A stretch of 64,000 nt of DNA from the NCBI RefSeq assembly GCF_004010195.1, contig NC_057719.1, forward strand, positions 53,439,282 through 53,503,281. The letters run 5' to 3'. The DNA comes from Chiloscyllium plagiosum (Eukaryota). A program made the position numbers and the translations under genes. How positions within the stretch are numbered: the first letter of the stretch is position 1; each line of letters begins with the position of its first letter. Of this stretch, positions 1 to 11,099 are shown piece after piece. Below the pieces are notes generated by a model. The model was not told where the DNA came from, made no database searches, and saw only the letters and a program-made list of their open reading frames with translations.

Positions 1-76
1 GGAATATGGGATGGCATTTTTACAGGGGACAGGGTGGGAGGAGGTGTAGTCTAGGTAGCTGTGGGAGTTGGTCGGT
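1..76 (-). mobile_element. Penelope-like element RT fragment (runs off window edge)
   Basis: Reverse complement encodes PTNSHSYLDYTSSHPVPCKNAIPYS, matching the PLE RT segment at 13141-13225 (KPTDSHSYLDYTSSYPTSCKNAIAS). Confidence 0.8.
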
Positions 77-86
77 AACCAGTCTC

Positions 87-3000
87 CCATGGAGAACCTT
101 ATCGAATGCCTTGCTGAAGTCCATATAGATCACATCTATCACTCTGCCCACAATCCTCTTTGTTACTTCTTCAAAAAAACTCAAATCAAGTTTGAGAGAC
201 TTGATTTCCCAAGCACAAAGCCAAGTTGACTACCCTAATCAGTCCTTGCCTTTCCATATACACGTAACATCCTGTCCCTGAGGATTCACTCCCACAATCT
301 GCTCACCACCAATGTCAGGCTCACTGGCTGATACTTCCCTGGCTTGTCCTTACCACCTTTCTTAAATAATGGCACCACGTTTGCCAACCTCCAGTCTTCC
401 AGCACCTCACTTGTGACCATTGATGATACAAATATCTCAGCAAGAGGCCCAGCAAGCACTTCACTAGCTTCCCACAGAGTTCTAGGATACATCTGATCTG
501 GTACTGGGGAGTTATCCACTTTTATGCATTTCAAAACATCCAGCCCTTCCTCCTCTGTAATATGGACATTTTTCAAGGTGTCATTTATTTCCCTACATTC
601 TATATCTTCCACATCCTTTTCCAAAGTAAACACTGATGTCAAATACTCATTTAGTATCCCCCCCATCTCCTGTGGCTCCACACAAACGCTATCTTGTTGA
701 TCTTTGAGTGGCCCTATTCTTTCCCTCGTTACCTTTTTGTCCTTAACATATTTGTAAAAACATTTGGATTCTCCTTAACCCTATATCCAAAAGCTAACTC
801 ATAGCCCCTTTTTGCCCTCCTGATTTCTCTCTTCAGTATACTCCTGCTGTCTTTATACTCTCAAGGATTCACTTGATGTATCCTGTCTATACCTGACATA
901 TGCTTCCTTCTTTTTCTTAACCAAACCCTCAATTTCTTTAGTCATCCAGCATTCCCTATATCTACCAGCCTTCCCTTTCACCCTAACAGGAACATACTTT
1001 CTCTGGACTCTCATTATCTCATTTCTGAAGGCTTCCCATTTTCCAGCCGTCCCTCTACCTGTGAACATCTGCCCCCAATCAACTTTTGAAAGTTCTTGCC
1101 TAACAACAAAATTGGCCTTTCTCCAATTTAGAACTTCAACTTTTAGATCGGGTCGATCCTTTTCCATCATTATTTTAAATCTAATGGAATTATGGTCGCT
1201 GGCCCCAAAGTGCTCCCCCACTGACACCTCAGGCACCTGTCCGGCCTCATTTCCGAAGAGGTGGTCAAGTTTTGCACCTTCTCTAGTAGGTACTCTACGT
1301 ACTGAATCAGAAAATTGTCTTGTACACACTTAAGAAATTCCTCCATCTAAACCCTTAACACTATGGCAGTCCCAGTTTATGTTTGGAAAGTTAAAATCCC
1401 CACCATAACCACCCTATTATTCTTACAGATAACTGAGATCACCTTACAAGTTTGTTTCTCAATTTGCCTCTGACTATTGGTGGTCTATAATCCAGTCCCA
1501 ATAAGGTGATCATCCTTTTCTTATTTCTCAGTTCCACCCAAATAACTTCCCTGGATGTATTTCCAGGAATACCCTCCCTCAGCACAGTTGTAATGCTATC
1601 CCTCAGAACATTTTCTTGTACACACAAATTCCTCTCCATCTAAATGATTAACACTATGGCAGTCTCAGTCTATGTTTGGAAAGTTAAAATCCCTGACCAT
1701 AGCCAACCTATCATTCTTACAGATAATGGAGAGTCCTTACAAATTTGTTTCTCAATTTCCTTCTGACTATTGGTTGTCTATAATACAATCTCAATAAGGT
1801 GATCATCCCTTTCTTATTTCTCAGTTCTACCCAAATAGCTTCCCAGGAATATCCTCCCTCAGTACAGCTGTAATGCTATCCCTTATCAAAAACACTAGAT
1901 TAGATTCCCTACAGTGTGGAAACATGCCCTTTGACCCACAAATCCACACTGACCCTCCAAAGAGTAACCCACCCAGACCCATTTCTCTGTGCACCTAACA
2001 CGCTGGGCAATTTAGCACAGCCAATTCACCTGACCTGCACATATTTGGACTGTGGGAGGAAACCCACACAGACACAGGGAGAATGTGCAAACTCCACACA
2101 GACAGTCACCTGAGGCTGGAATTGAACCTGGGACCCTGGTGCTGTGAGGCAGCAGTGCTAACCACTGAGCCACTGTGCCACCCTTCTCTCTGGTCCTTCC
2201 TGTTGCATTTGTATCCTGAACATTAAGCTGCCAATCCTGTCCATCCCTGAGCCATGTTTCTTCAATTGCTATGATACCCCAGTCCCATGTTCCTAACCAT
2301 GCCCTGAGTTAATCTACCTCCCCCGTTAGGCCTCTTGCATTGAAATAAGTGCAGTTTAATTTATGAGTCTTACCTTGTCCCTGCCTGCCCTGACTGTGAC
2401 TCACTTCTTTTCTCATCTGTTCCAGTCTCAGATTGATCTCTTTTCTCACTATCTCCCTGAATGCCACCCCCCCATCTTCCTAGTTTAAATCATCCCGAGC
2501 AGCTCTAACAAATTTCTCTACTAGTATATTAGTCCCCTTCCAATTTAGGTGCAATGCATCCTTCTTGTATGGTCACTTCTACCCCAAAACAGATTCCAAT
2601 GATCCAAAAATGTGAATCCTTCTCCCATACACCAGTTCCTCAGCCATGCATTTATCTGCTCTATCTTCCTATTCCTGCCCTCACGAGCCCATAGCACCGG
2701 GAGTAATCCAGATATTACTACTCGAAGACCTCCTTTTTAAATTTATGCCTAATTCTCTAATCTCCCTTCAGAATCTCAACATTGTAACCAATGACATCAG
2801 AAGAGAATGTGTCCTGCTGGGCCCTCTCCCCCGGAGAACCCTCTCCGAAACTTGGATGTTCATGCTACATTCCTGTAAGAATCCATCATCCCCTCCATTT
2901 TCCAAAACAGGATAATTGTTTGAAATGGGAATAGCCAAAGAACACTCCTATACTACCTGCTTACTACTGTTACCTTTCCTGGAGTTAACCCATCTATGTG

Positions 3001-3825
3001 ACTGTATCTGTATTTTTCCCCTTCCAATAACTGCCATCCAGCACATCCCCTTGCTCTTGTTAATTCCTCATTGCCTCGAACTGTTTCTCCAACCGATCCA
3101 TTCGACCTGATAGGATTTACAACCAACAGCATTTATTGCAGATATAATCCTCAGTAACACGTAAACTCTCCCTAAACTCCCGCATCTGACAAGAAGAGTT
3201 TATCACTCTATTAAGGGCCATTTTTGCTTTTCCCAATCTGCAGACCCAGAAAATAGCACAGTCTTATTCCTGTACACAAAACAACTGTTCCAGGCTAAGT
3301 TAATACTTATGGCTTAAAGTTTAATCAACAAACACATCTCAATAAAACAAATAATCAAGAAAGAACCCATTCTATTCACTCCTGCAGACTTACAGCAAGG
3401 CCCCAAGGCCACACTTAAAACTATTCACTTTTCTGACCCTGTGCTGTGACCTCTCCCAAACAATTTCCTCCAAGATCAGTTGTGAATTTCACTGTTTGTT
3501 AATTTTTCCAGATGCGCTCCAATGTTCGGTGATACAAGAATTTAAACACAAAGGCAGTAACTGTGCAGGTTCACTGCTGTATCAGTTAGCAATGAGTTTT
3601 CTTTTCTCTCGCTTTCTCTCACTCCCCCCTACACTGACTTCACCATGTACTGCCTTTGTCTGTCCTCTCCCTTTTAAAAACACTGTTGTTTTGACTTTTT
3701 TTCTCCAAAAGTTCCAAAATAATGCAACAGCATATAAAACATTAATTGCTGCTCCTGGAATTCAAGAAATCATCTCCAACACCTGAAATACCTTAAAAAG
3801 AAAAAACAGCCTGCTACAGCCAGAA
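87..3825 (-). mobile_element. CR1 LINE, 5' portion (5'UTR, decayed ORF1, APE endonuclease, N-half of RT), interrupted by a SINE
   Basis: ORFs 286-681 ([23 protein letters not shown]) and 853-1329 (HFGASDHN) are CR1 ORF2 motifs. 2180-3570 is colinear in reverse complement with the ORF1/5'UTR of the copy at 28100-29700. The 5' limit beyond about 3570 is uncertain. Confidence 0.93.
1895..2180 (-). mobile_element. HE1-type tRNA-derived SINE nested in CR1
   Basis: Minus strand reads TGGCACAGTGGCTCAGTGGTTAGCACTGCTGCCTCACAGC...GGTTCAATTCC (A/B boxes) with a CR1-like tail and AATCT repeats; homologous to 16462-16784. Confidence 0.92.
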
Positions 3826-3829
3826 TTTT

Positions 3830-4060
3830 CTCTTGTCTTCCAACTTGGTTTGCCCCTTCTCCAGATTGCTGAGAGTACACTGGCACATGATTGGCAACCC
3901 ATGATCAGTCTGGCATTCGAGTGTTGTAGATTCCACTGGCATCCCTGGGGGGTGGGGGGGTGGAGAAAAATACAGGACATCCCTCCTTGCTGCTACACAG
4001 TCCACCAGGACCTCCTGGTCTCTGTTCACAAAGCAAGGTGCCAACTTCCTCCTTGTCTGT
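3830..4060 (-). pseudogene. Harbinger/PIF-type Myb/SANT DNA-binding gene remnant
   Basis: ORF 3814-4086 contains RKLAPCFVNRDQEVLVDCVAARRDVLYF, resembling the APRF..DLEVL...RRDVLF start of Harbinger Myb/SANT proteins; frameshifted downstream. Confidence 0.55.
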
Positions 4061-4573
4061 GCATAGAGAGCAAATGGCAGAGCCATTCTGCACAGCTCTC
4101 AAGTGACAAAGCCTGTCTGAGGGCTAGATGGAAATTTAAAGCTAGCACCAATGACATGAATGTCATTCCATTCAGTCCATCCTGGCAGTGGCACTTTATT
4201 GCAGTGAGGGTGTGTGGTGGAGTGGGGATAGGTATGAGGGAACTGTAGGTGGCAGTGTAGATAGCTAATGAGGCAAACTTATTACCTTTCAGCAAGACAA
4301 CTCACTTGGCCTTGGGGGCGGGTGGGGGAAGAAACCTTCCTTGATTCTCAATGTTTGTGAGCTGATGAATTATAAAAACATTTTGCTTTAAATGATCAAT
4401 ACTTGCTCCAGCAGATGGAAATAAGAGAGTTGGGCCTACATTTTACAATGCTTGTTGAAACAGCCACATAGTAAGAGAATGCAGTTTCTTGTCAGCAGCA
4501 GAATTACCATAGAAGTCCACTTAGAGTTAAACACCTAATTGATGATCATCAGGCTTGCCATCTGATTAAGATG

Positions 4574-5020
4574 TGAAAATGTGTTGCTGGAAAAGCGCAG
4601 GTCAGGCAGCATCCAAGGAGCAGGAGAATCGACNNNNNNNNNNNNNNNNNNNNNNNNNNNNNNNNNNNNNNNNNNNNNNNNNNNNNNNNNNNNNNNNNNN
4701 NNNNNNNNNNNNNNNNNNNNNNNNNNNNNNNNNNNNNNNNNNNNNNNNNNNNNNNNNNNNNNNNNNNNNNNNNNNNNNNNNNNNNNNNNNNNNNNNNNNN
4801 NNNNNNNNNNNNNNNNNNNNNNNNNNNNNNNNNNNNNNNNNNNNNNNNNNNNNNNNNNNNNNNNNNNNNNNNNNNNNNNNNNNNNNNNNNNNNNNNNNNN
4901 NNNNNNNNNNNNNNNNNNNNNNNNNNNNNNNNNNNNNNNNNNNNNNNNNNNNNNNNNNNNNNNNTTTTCCAGCAACACATTTTCAGCTCTGATCTCCAGC
5001 ATCTGCAGTCCTCACTTTCT
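4574..5020. mobile_element. Palindromic Penelope-end element spanning a gap, with TSD
   Basis: Inverted ends (TGAAAATGTGTTGCTGGAAAA / TTTTCCAGCAACACATTTTCA); CCATCTGATTAAGATG repeated at 4558-4573 and 5021-5036; same family as 22995-23417. Confidence 0.85.
4634..4964. other. Assembly gap (N run)
   Basis: Run of N. Confidence 1.
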
Positions 5021-5925
5021 CCATCTGATTAAGATGGGCAGGTTCTTGCTGCTGCAGACCAATTCACAGGAGTGATCATTTTGAAGCCTCAGCAATCTTA
5101 TAGGCAGATGCGGTTGCAGCAATGTAGGCAAGACATCAAAACTGAGGTGCTTCCACACAAGTGAATGAGAACTGAAAATCAGAGCTAGTGAGAGATGGTC
5201 ATCAACGACTTTTTAATATTGTTATCTGCTGCTAACTTTTCTGGACCCTGAATCTACTTAAGTGATGAATTGCATTTTCAATTTTTGTTTAAAGACAAAT
5301 TCCTAATTATATTCTGATCTTGTGTTTCACTCATAATTGATTTGAGTCTTGACTAGATTATCAAGATTTCTCAAAAAGTTCATTGGTCAGACTTGGCGTG
5401 TTTTATTGTGCTGAGGTCTTCTTTGTCAATAGCAATTTTAATTTTAATTGCTTATTAAGATGGCTCAAATATTGTGAGATCTTCATTTGAAGATAAGGTT
5501 ACAGATTGATATTTACAAGGAGGCTTACACATTTTCATTAACTTTTATTAAATATCAACTCTGTCAGTAGTTCCAGAAACACTCTATTTAAATAACTGTC
5601 TCCTGGAATGTTATTGAAAGTTTTGTTTTCTTCCCCCCCCCCAGTACTTTACTAGTTTATAAAAGGAGGGAAAACATTAAGTCATTAACTTTACAGAAGA
5701 TAGGGGAGCAAATTTACAAATATAGCACAAAAAGCTTTTGAGCAGTTCAAAATAAATAGTTTCTCCTGGGAAAAAAAAAGTTTGTTCAGAGCAGTTATTT
5801 TATGAATCTTTCAGGCCAGGAATGTTTGGTTAGCATGTTGTATATTATTACAAGTCTAAGCTCTCAGTTGAGTGTGGTCCAGAGAAAAGGTTTCAGATCA
5901 TGGGAATAATATGGAGAAACAGTTA

Positions 5926-6425
5926 NNNNNNNNNNNNNNNNNNNNNNNNNNNNNNNNNNNNNNNNNNNNNNNNNNNNNNNNNNNNNNNNNNNNNNNNNNN
6001 NNNNNNNNNNNNNNNNNNNNNNNNNNNNNNNNNNNNNNNNNNNNNNNNNNNNNNNNNNNNNNNNNNNNNNNNNNNNNNNNNNNNNNNNNNNNNNNNNNNN
6101 NNNNNNNNNNNNNNNNNNNNNNNNNNNNNNNNNNNNNNNNNNNNNNNNNNNNNNNNNNNNNNNNNNNNNNNNNNNNNNNNNNNNNNNNNNNNNNNNNNNN
6201 NNNNNNNNNNNNNNNNNNNNNNNNNNNNNNNNNNNNNNNNNNNNNNNNNNNNNNNNNNNNNNNNNNNNNNNNNNNNNNNNNNNNNNNNNNNNNNNNNNNN
6301 NNNNNNNNNNNNNNNNNNNNNNNNNNNNNNNNNNNNNNNNNNNNNNNNNNNNNNNNNNNNNNNNNNNNNNNNNNNNNNNNNNNNNNNNNNNNNNNNNNNN
6401 NNNNNNNNNNNNNNNNNNNNNNNNN
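5926..6425. other. Assembly gap (500 N)
   Basis: Run of N. Confidence 1.
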
Positions 6426-6727
6426 TATTCAAATTAGGATAAAGCACTCACTCTTTTCTCGACAACCAGCCTCTGCTCTGATATCAGAGTAAGGCTCAGT
6501 TACCATAGTCTGAAAAGGATATAAAACCAAAAAAAAACATACACACCCATTTTATCTCCATACTCCTTCCTCACTTCACTTATCCTTTGGGTACACAAAG
6601 TAGCTGTAGTAATTGGAATCAGGTTGACTTCATTGATTACAAGGTCATTGATTGGTCCAGATTAACAACCCCAAACAGGAAAGTCTTAACTGACCAAAAT
6701 AACCAGAAGATTAACATCTCCTCTGTT

Positions 6728-6890
6728 TTTTTTTCTTTTTTTGTTAACCCCCACACTACCACCTAAGTGCGGAAGTGCTTATTTTTTTTCCCAGCACCCA
6801 TGGTGTGTGTGTGCAGGTGTGAGACACAGTGAAAGACACAAAGTGCACGAATCTTTATTCAAATTCCACCACCAGGAAGATAGGAAAACA
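6728..6890 (-). mobile_element. Short poly(A) retroposed insertion with 15-bp TSD (probably 3' UTR of an L1/Tx1-type LINE)
   Basis: AACATCTCCTCTGTT at 6713-6727 and 6891-6905; poly-T on + at about 6726-6742; AATAAA on the minus strand; imperfect hairpin near the 3' end. Clade is inferred. Confidence 0.75.
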
Positions 6891-7050
6891 AACATCTCCT
6901 CTGTTCATGTGGCAGACTCTGAGCTGGTTGGTCACAGCTACTGTACTGTGCACAGGTAATTAAAGGGTGAAAAGATCCCAGCCACTTAAATAAGAAAACA
7001 AAACTTAGTTTCTCTTATTTCAAAGAGTAAGTCTTCGTTATCTGCAAAAT

Positions 7051-9106
7051 TAGAGTCATAGAGATGTACAGCATAGAAACAGACCCTTCGGTCCAACCCG
7101 TCCATGCTGACCAGATATCCCAACCCAATCTAGTCCCACCTGCCAGCACCCGGCCCATATCCCTCCAAATCCTTCCTATTCATATACCCATCCAAATGCC
7201 TTTCAAATGTTGCAATTATACCAGCCTCCACTACTTCCTCTGGCAGCTCATTCCATACACGTACCACCCTCTGCATGAAAACGTTGCCCCTTAGATCTCT
7301 TTTATATCTTGCCCCTCTCACCCTAAACCTATGCCCTCTAGTTCTGGACCCCCCCAACTCAGGGAAAAGACTTTGTCTATTTATCCTATCCATGCCCCTC
7401 ATAATTTTGTAAACTTCTATAAGGTCACCCCTCAGCCTCCAACGCTCCAGGGAAAAAAAGCCCAAGCCTGTTCAGCCTCTCCTTATATCTCAAATTCTCC
7501 AACCCTGGCAATATCCTTGTAAATCCTTTCTGAACCCTTTCAAGTTTCACAACATCTTTCTGATAGGAAGGAGACTAGAATTGCATGCAATATTCCAACA
7601 GTGGCCTAACCAATGTCCTGTACAGCCGCAACATGACCTCCCAACTCCTGTACTCCATACTCTGACCAATAAAGGAAAGCATACCAAATGCCTTCTTCAC
7701 TATCCTATCTACCTGCGCCTCCACTTTCAAGGAGCTATGAACCTGCACTCCAAGGTCTCTTTGTTCAGCAACACTCCCTAGGATCTTACCATTAAGTGTA
7801 TAAGTCCTGCTAATATTTGCTCTCCCAAAATGCAGAACCTTGCATTTATCTGAATTAAACTCCATCTGCCACTTCTCATCCCATTGGTCCATCTAGTCAA
7901 GATCCTGTTGTAATCTGAGGTAATCCTCTTTGCTGTCCACTACACCTCCAATTTTGGTGTCATCTGAAAACTTACTAACTGTACTCTTATGTAAATGACA
8001 AAAAGTAGAGGACCCAGCACCGATCCTTGTGGCACTCCACTGGTCACTGGACTCCAGTCTGAGAAACAACCCTCCACTACCACCCTCTGTCTTCTACCTT
8101 TGAGCCAGTTCTGCATCCAATTGGCTCGTTCTCCCTGTATTTCATGAGATTGAACCTGGCTAGCCAGTCTCCCATGGGGAACCTTATTGATTGCCTTACT
8201 GCAGTCCACATCGATCACATCTACCGCTCTACTCTCATCAATCCTCTTTGTTACTTCCTCAAAAAACTCAATCAAGTTTGTGAGACATGATTTCTCATGC
8301 ACAAAGCCATGTTGACTATCCCTAATCAGTCCTTGCCTTTCCAAATGCATGTACACCCTGTCCCTCAGGACTCCCTCCAACAACTTGCCCACCACCGACG
8401 TCAGGCTCACTGGTCTATAGTTCCCTGGCTTGTCCTTACCACCCTTCTTAAACAATGGCACCACGTTAGCCAATCTCCAGTCTTCTGGCACCTCGCCTGT
8501 GACTATCTATGATACAAATATCTCAGCAAGAGGCCCAGTAAACTCTTCTCTAGCTTCCTACTGAGTTCTCAGGTACACCTGATCAGGTCCTGGGGACCTA
8601 TCCACCCTTATGTGTTTCAAGACATCCAGCACTTCCTCCTCTGTAATATGGACATTTTGCAAGGTGTCACCATCTATTTCCCTACATTCTATATCTTCCA
8701 TATCCTTTTCCACAGTAAATACTGATGCAAAATACTCATTTAGTATCTCCTCCATTTTCTGCGGCTTCACACAAAGGCCACCTTGTTGAACTTTGAGGGC
8801 CCTATTCTCACCCTAGTCACCCTTTTGTCCTTAATGTATTTGTAAAAACTCTTTGGATTCTCCTTAATTTTATTTGCCAAAGCTATCTCATGTCCCCTTT
8901 TTGCCCTCCTGATTTCCCTCTTAAGTATACTCCTACTGCCTTTATACTCTTCTAAGAATTCACTCGATCTATCCTGTCTATACCTGACATATGCTTCCTT
9001 CTTTTTCTTTACCAAACCCTCAATTTCTTTAGTCATTCAGCATTCCCTACACCTAACAGCCTTTCCTTTCACCCTGACAAGAATATACTTTCTCTGGATT
9101 CTCATT
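7051..9106 (-). mobile_element. CR1 LINE, 5'-truncated, relatively young (RT + 3'UTR)
   Basis: ORFs 7940-8491 ([17 protein letters not shown]), 7575-7892 (WQMEFNSDKC) and 7130-7465 (RLRGDLIEVYK, WNELPEEVV); 3' tail CTCTATGACTCTA. Confidence 0.96.
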
Positions 9107-9534
9107 AATGAAAAACATTCAGATTTTAATAGAAAGCATCTCTTAAAACTCTCTATCTCGGCTTTCAGTACTTACCCCTAACAATTAAAGAATTTACTTA
9201 TTGGTCATTTGCTTATTGAAAAACTTTTAACATTGTGTATGACAAACTAAATCAAGACCCACAGTGCAGGAGCGAAGAAGAGAGAGGGAGGGAAATTGGA
9301 AGATCTAAAACAAAAGGTCAAATTTTTTTTTACGTCCTTCTACCAAGGATTTTTTTTTAAAATGATATGATTGCTACCTTCCAAAATGTCAAATATGAGG
9401 GGACTTTGCAACAACAACCATCTTTATGTAGGTCCTTTTGTGTATTTAGAAGATCTCGAGGAACTTCACAGGAGCAGAAAGGAATAAAACTTGACACTGA
9501 TTCTGAAGGAAATATTAGGATAGATAATGTGAAG

Positions 9535-9757
9535 GGAGAAAATGAGGACTGCAAATGCTGGAGAATCAGAATTGCAAAGTGTGGCACTGGAAAAGCACAG
9601 CAGGTCAGGCAGCATCCGAGGAGCAGGAGAGTCAATATTTCGGGCATGAATCCTTCACATCAGGAATGATGAAAGGCTTATGCCTGAAACGTCGACACTC
9701 CTGCTCCTCGGAAGTTGCCTGACCTGCTGTGCTTTTCCAGCACCACACTTCTTGACA
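9535..9757. mobile_element. About 220-bp palindromic Penelope-end mini-element with degenerate hammerhead core
   Basis: Arms about 9578-9665 and 9667-9750 are reverse complements; centre has TGATGA-A-AGGC-TTAT-GCCT-GAAACGTC; flanks AGATAATG(T/A)GAAG at 9522-9534 and 9758-9770. Confidence 0.85.
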
Positions 9758-10652
9758 AGATAATGAGAAGCTTGATTAAAGAGGCCGGCATTGATGAACA
9801 TTCCGGAGGAGGGAAAAAAGAGGAAAAGAAGCTTACAAGGGGATTCAGAACTTACAGCCTGAGCAGCTGGTGGTACAGCCGCCAATATATTTTCACCACT
9901 TACTCCCTGCTGTATTATGCAGCGAGGGAAGTATACTTGCCTGCAATGTGATATGGATTGATTTCCTCTATTGACATCAACATTTCCAAGTATTGATCAA
10001 GTTCAGAAAACACAGACACTCCTAAATTCTGTGCTGAAAGCAGACAGCTCTGTTATTTACTGAGAAGTTATTTTTGATAATGGGGTAAGGTGAATGCTAA
10101 GAGCAAGAACAGACTGTTCCTTTGAGACCCAAGAGCATGCTGACTAAAATATCACTTGTGTTAGCATTCTAAGTAACATCTAATCTTATAATTGAAAAAT
10201 CTGTATCAAATCAAATATTCCGTTCCTCAACCGAAGTTAGTGAATAATCTTTAATTATATGAAACACTGTAAATGCTACAATTTTCACATTCAAGCTGGT
10301 CTTTGGAAATCACCACTTGCATAGGCCAACCGTTTTATTTGTGCTACACAAATTGAATGCTGATACTCAACAATTGATGGTAATACCATTTTAATAAAAT
10401 CAGGATTCTTTTTTAAAAACGCTCTAGTAACAGTCAATTTAAAAAAGCCTGGATTTTCCATGCTGAGTTCACTAATGGCATTAAGGGTGTTTGGGGACAT
10501 TACTTCCTCCATTGCCTGGAACAATCTTTAGATTTTTAGGCTTTTTATTTGTTGCTAGTTGAGTTAAATGAGAATTGTGAGAGACAGGGCAGCAGAAGCT
10601 TTCACCCCACCAGGATCTTCCAGGAGAGAAGTTTCAAGCATTGTAAAACCAG

Positions 10653-10988
10653 GAGAGGCAATGGTTTGGTGGTATTAGTGCTAGACCATTAATGTATGTT
10701 CCGGGGACCTGGGTTCAAATCCTGACATGGCAGATGGTGGAATGTGTATTCAATAAAAATCTGTAATTAGAAGTGCAATGATGACCATGAAATCATTGTC
10801 AGGAAAAATTCCATTTGGTTCACTAATGGCCCTTAAGGAAGGAAATTGTTCTTACAGGGTCTGGCCTACATGTGACTCCAGACTCACAGGAATGTGGTTG
10901 ACTTTCAACTGCCCTCTGCACAATCAGGGTTGGACAATGGTTACACCAATAATGCCCAGATCCTGTGAATGAATTAATAATAAAAAAA
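10653..10988 (+). mobile_element. tRNA-headed bipartite SINE (5' and 3' ends of the LINE at 39388-42817)
   Basis: A-box-like TGGTTTGGTGG (10662) and B-box GGTTCAAATCC (10712); body matches the reverse complement of about 42535-42815; tail resembles the reverse complement of about 39390-39460 and ends A-rich. Confidence 0.8.
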
Positions 10989-11099
10989 CACTACCCAGGC
11001 AGCGTGTCACTCACTGCAAACCAGTCACCTGTGTTTGTTTCCCCACTCCTTTGGGCTGCTGCAGAGCTGTCACAAGCTAGCCATGTAGTCCACAGTGAC

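Noticed and set aside
3946..3963. G-rich runs as G-quadruplex elements (also about 4315, 29370, 47706)
   Set aside because: Short low-complexity tracts, mostly within or beside repeats; no evidence of function.
4535..6492. Long ORFs spanning 4535-5075 and 5872-6492
   Set aside because: Almost entirely X from N gaps; artefacts.
6600..6970. Possible LTR remnant around the 6728-6890 insertion
   Set aside because: Only a vague resemblance; no TG...CA termini or TSD identified.
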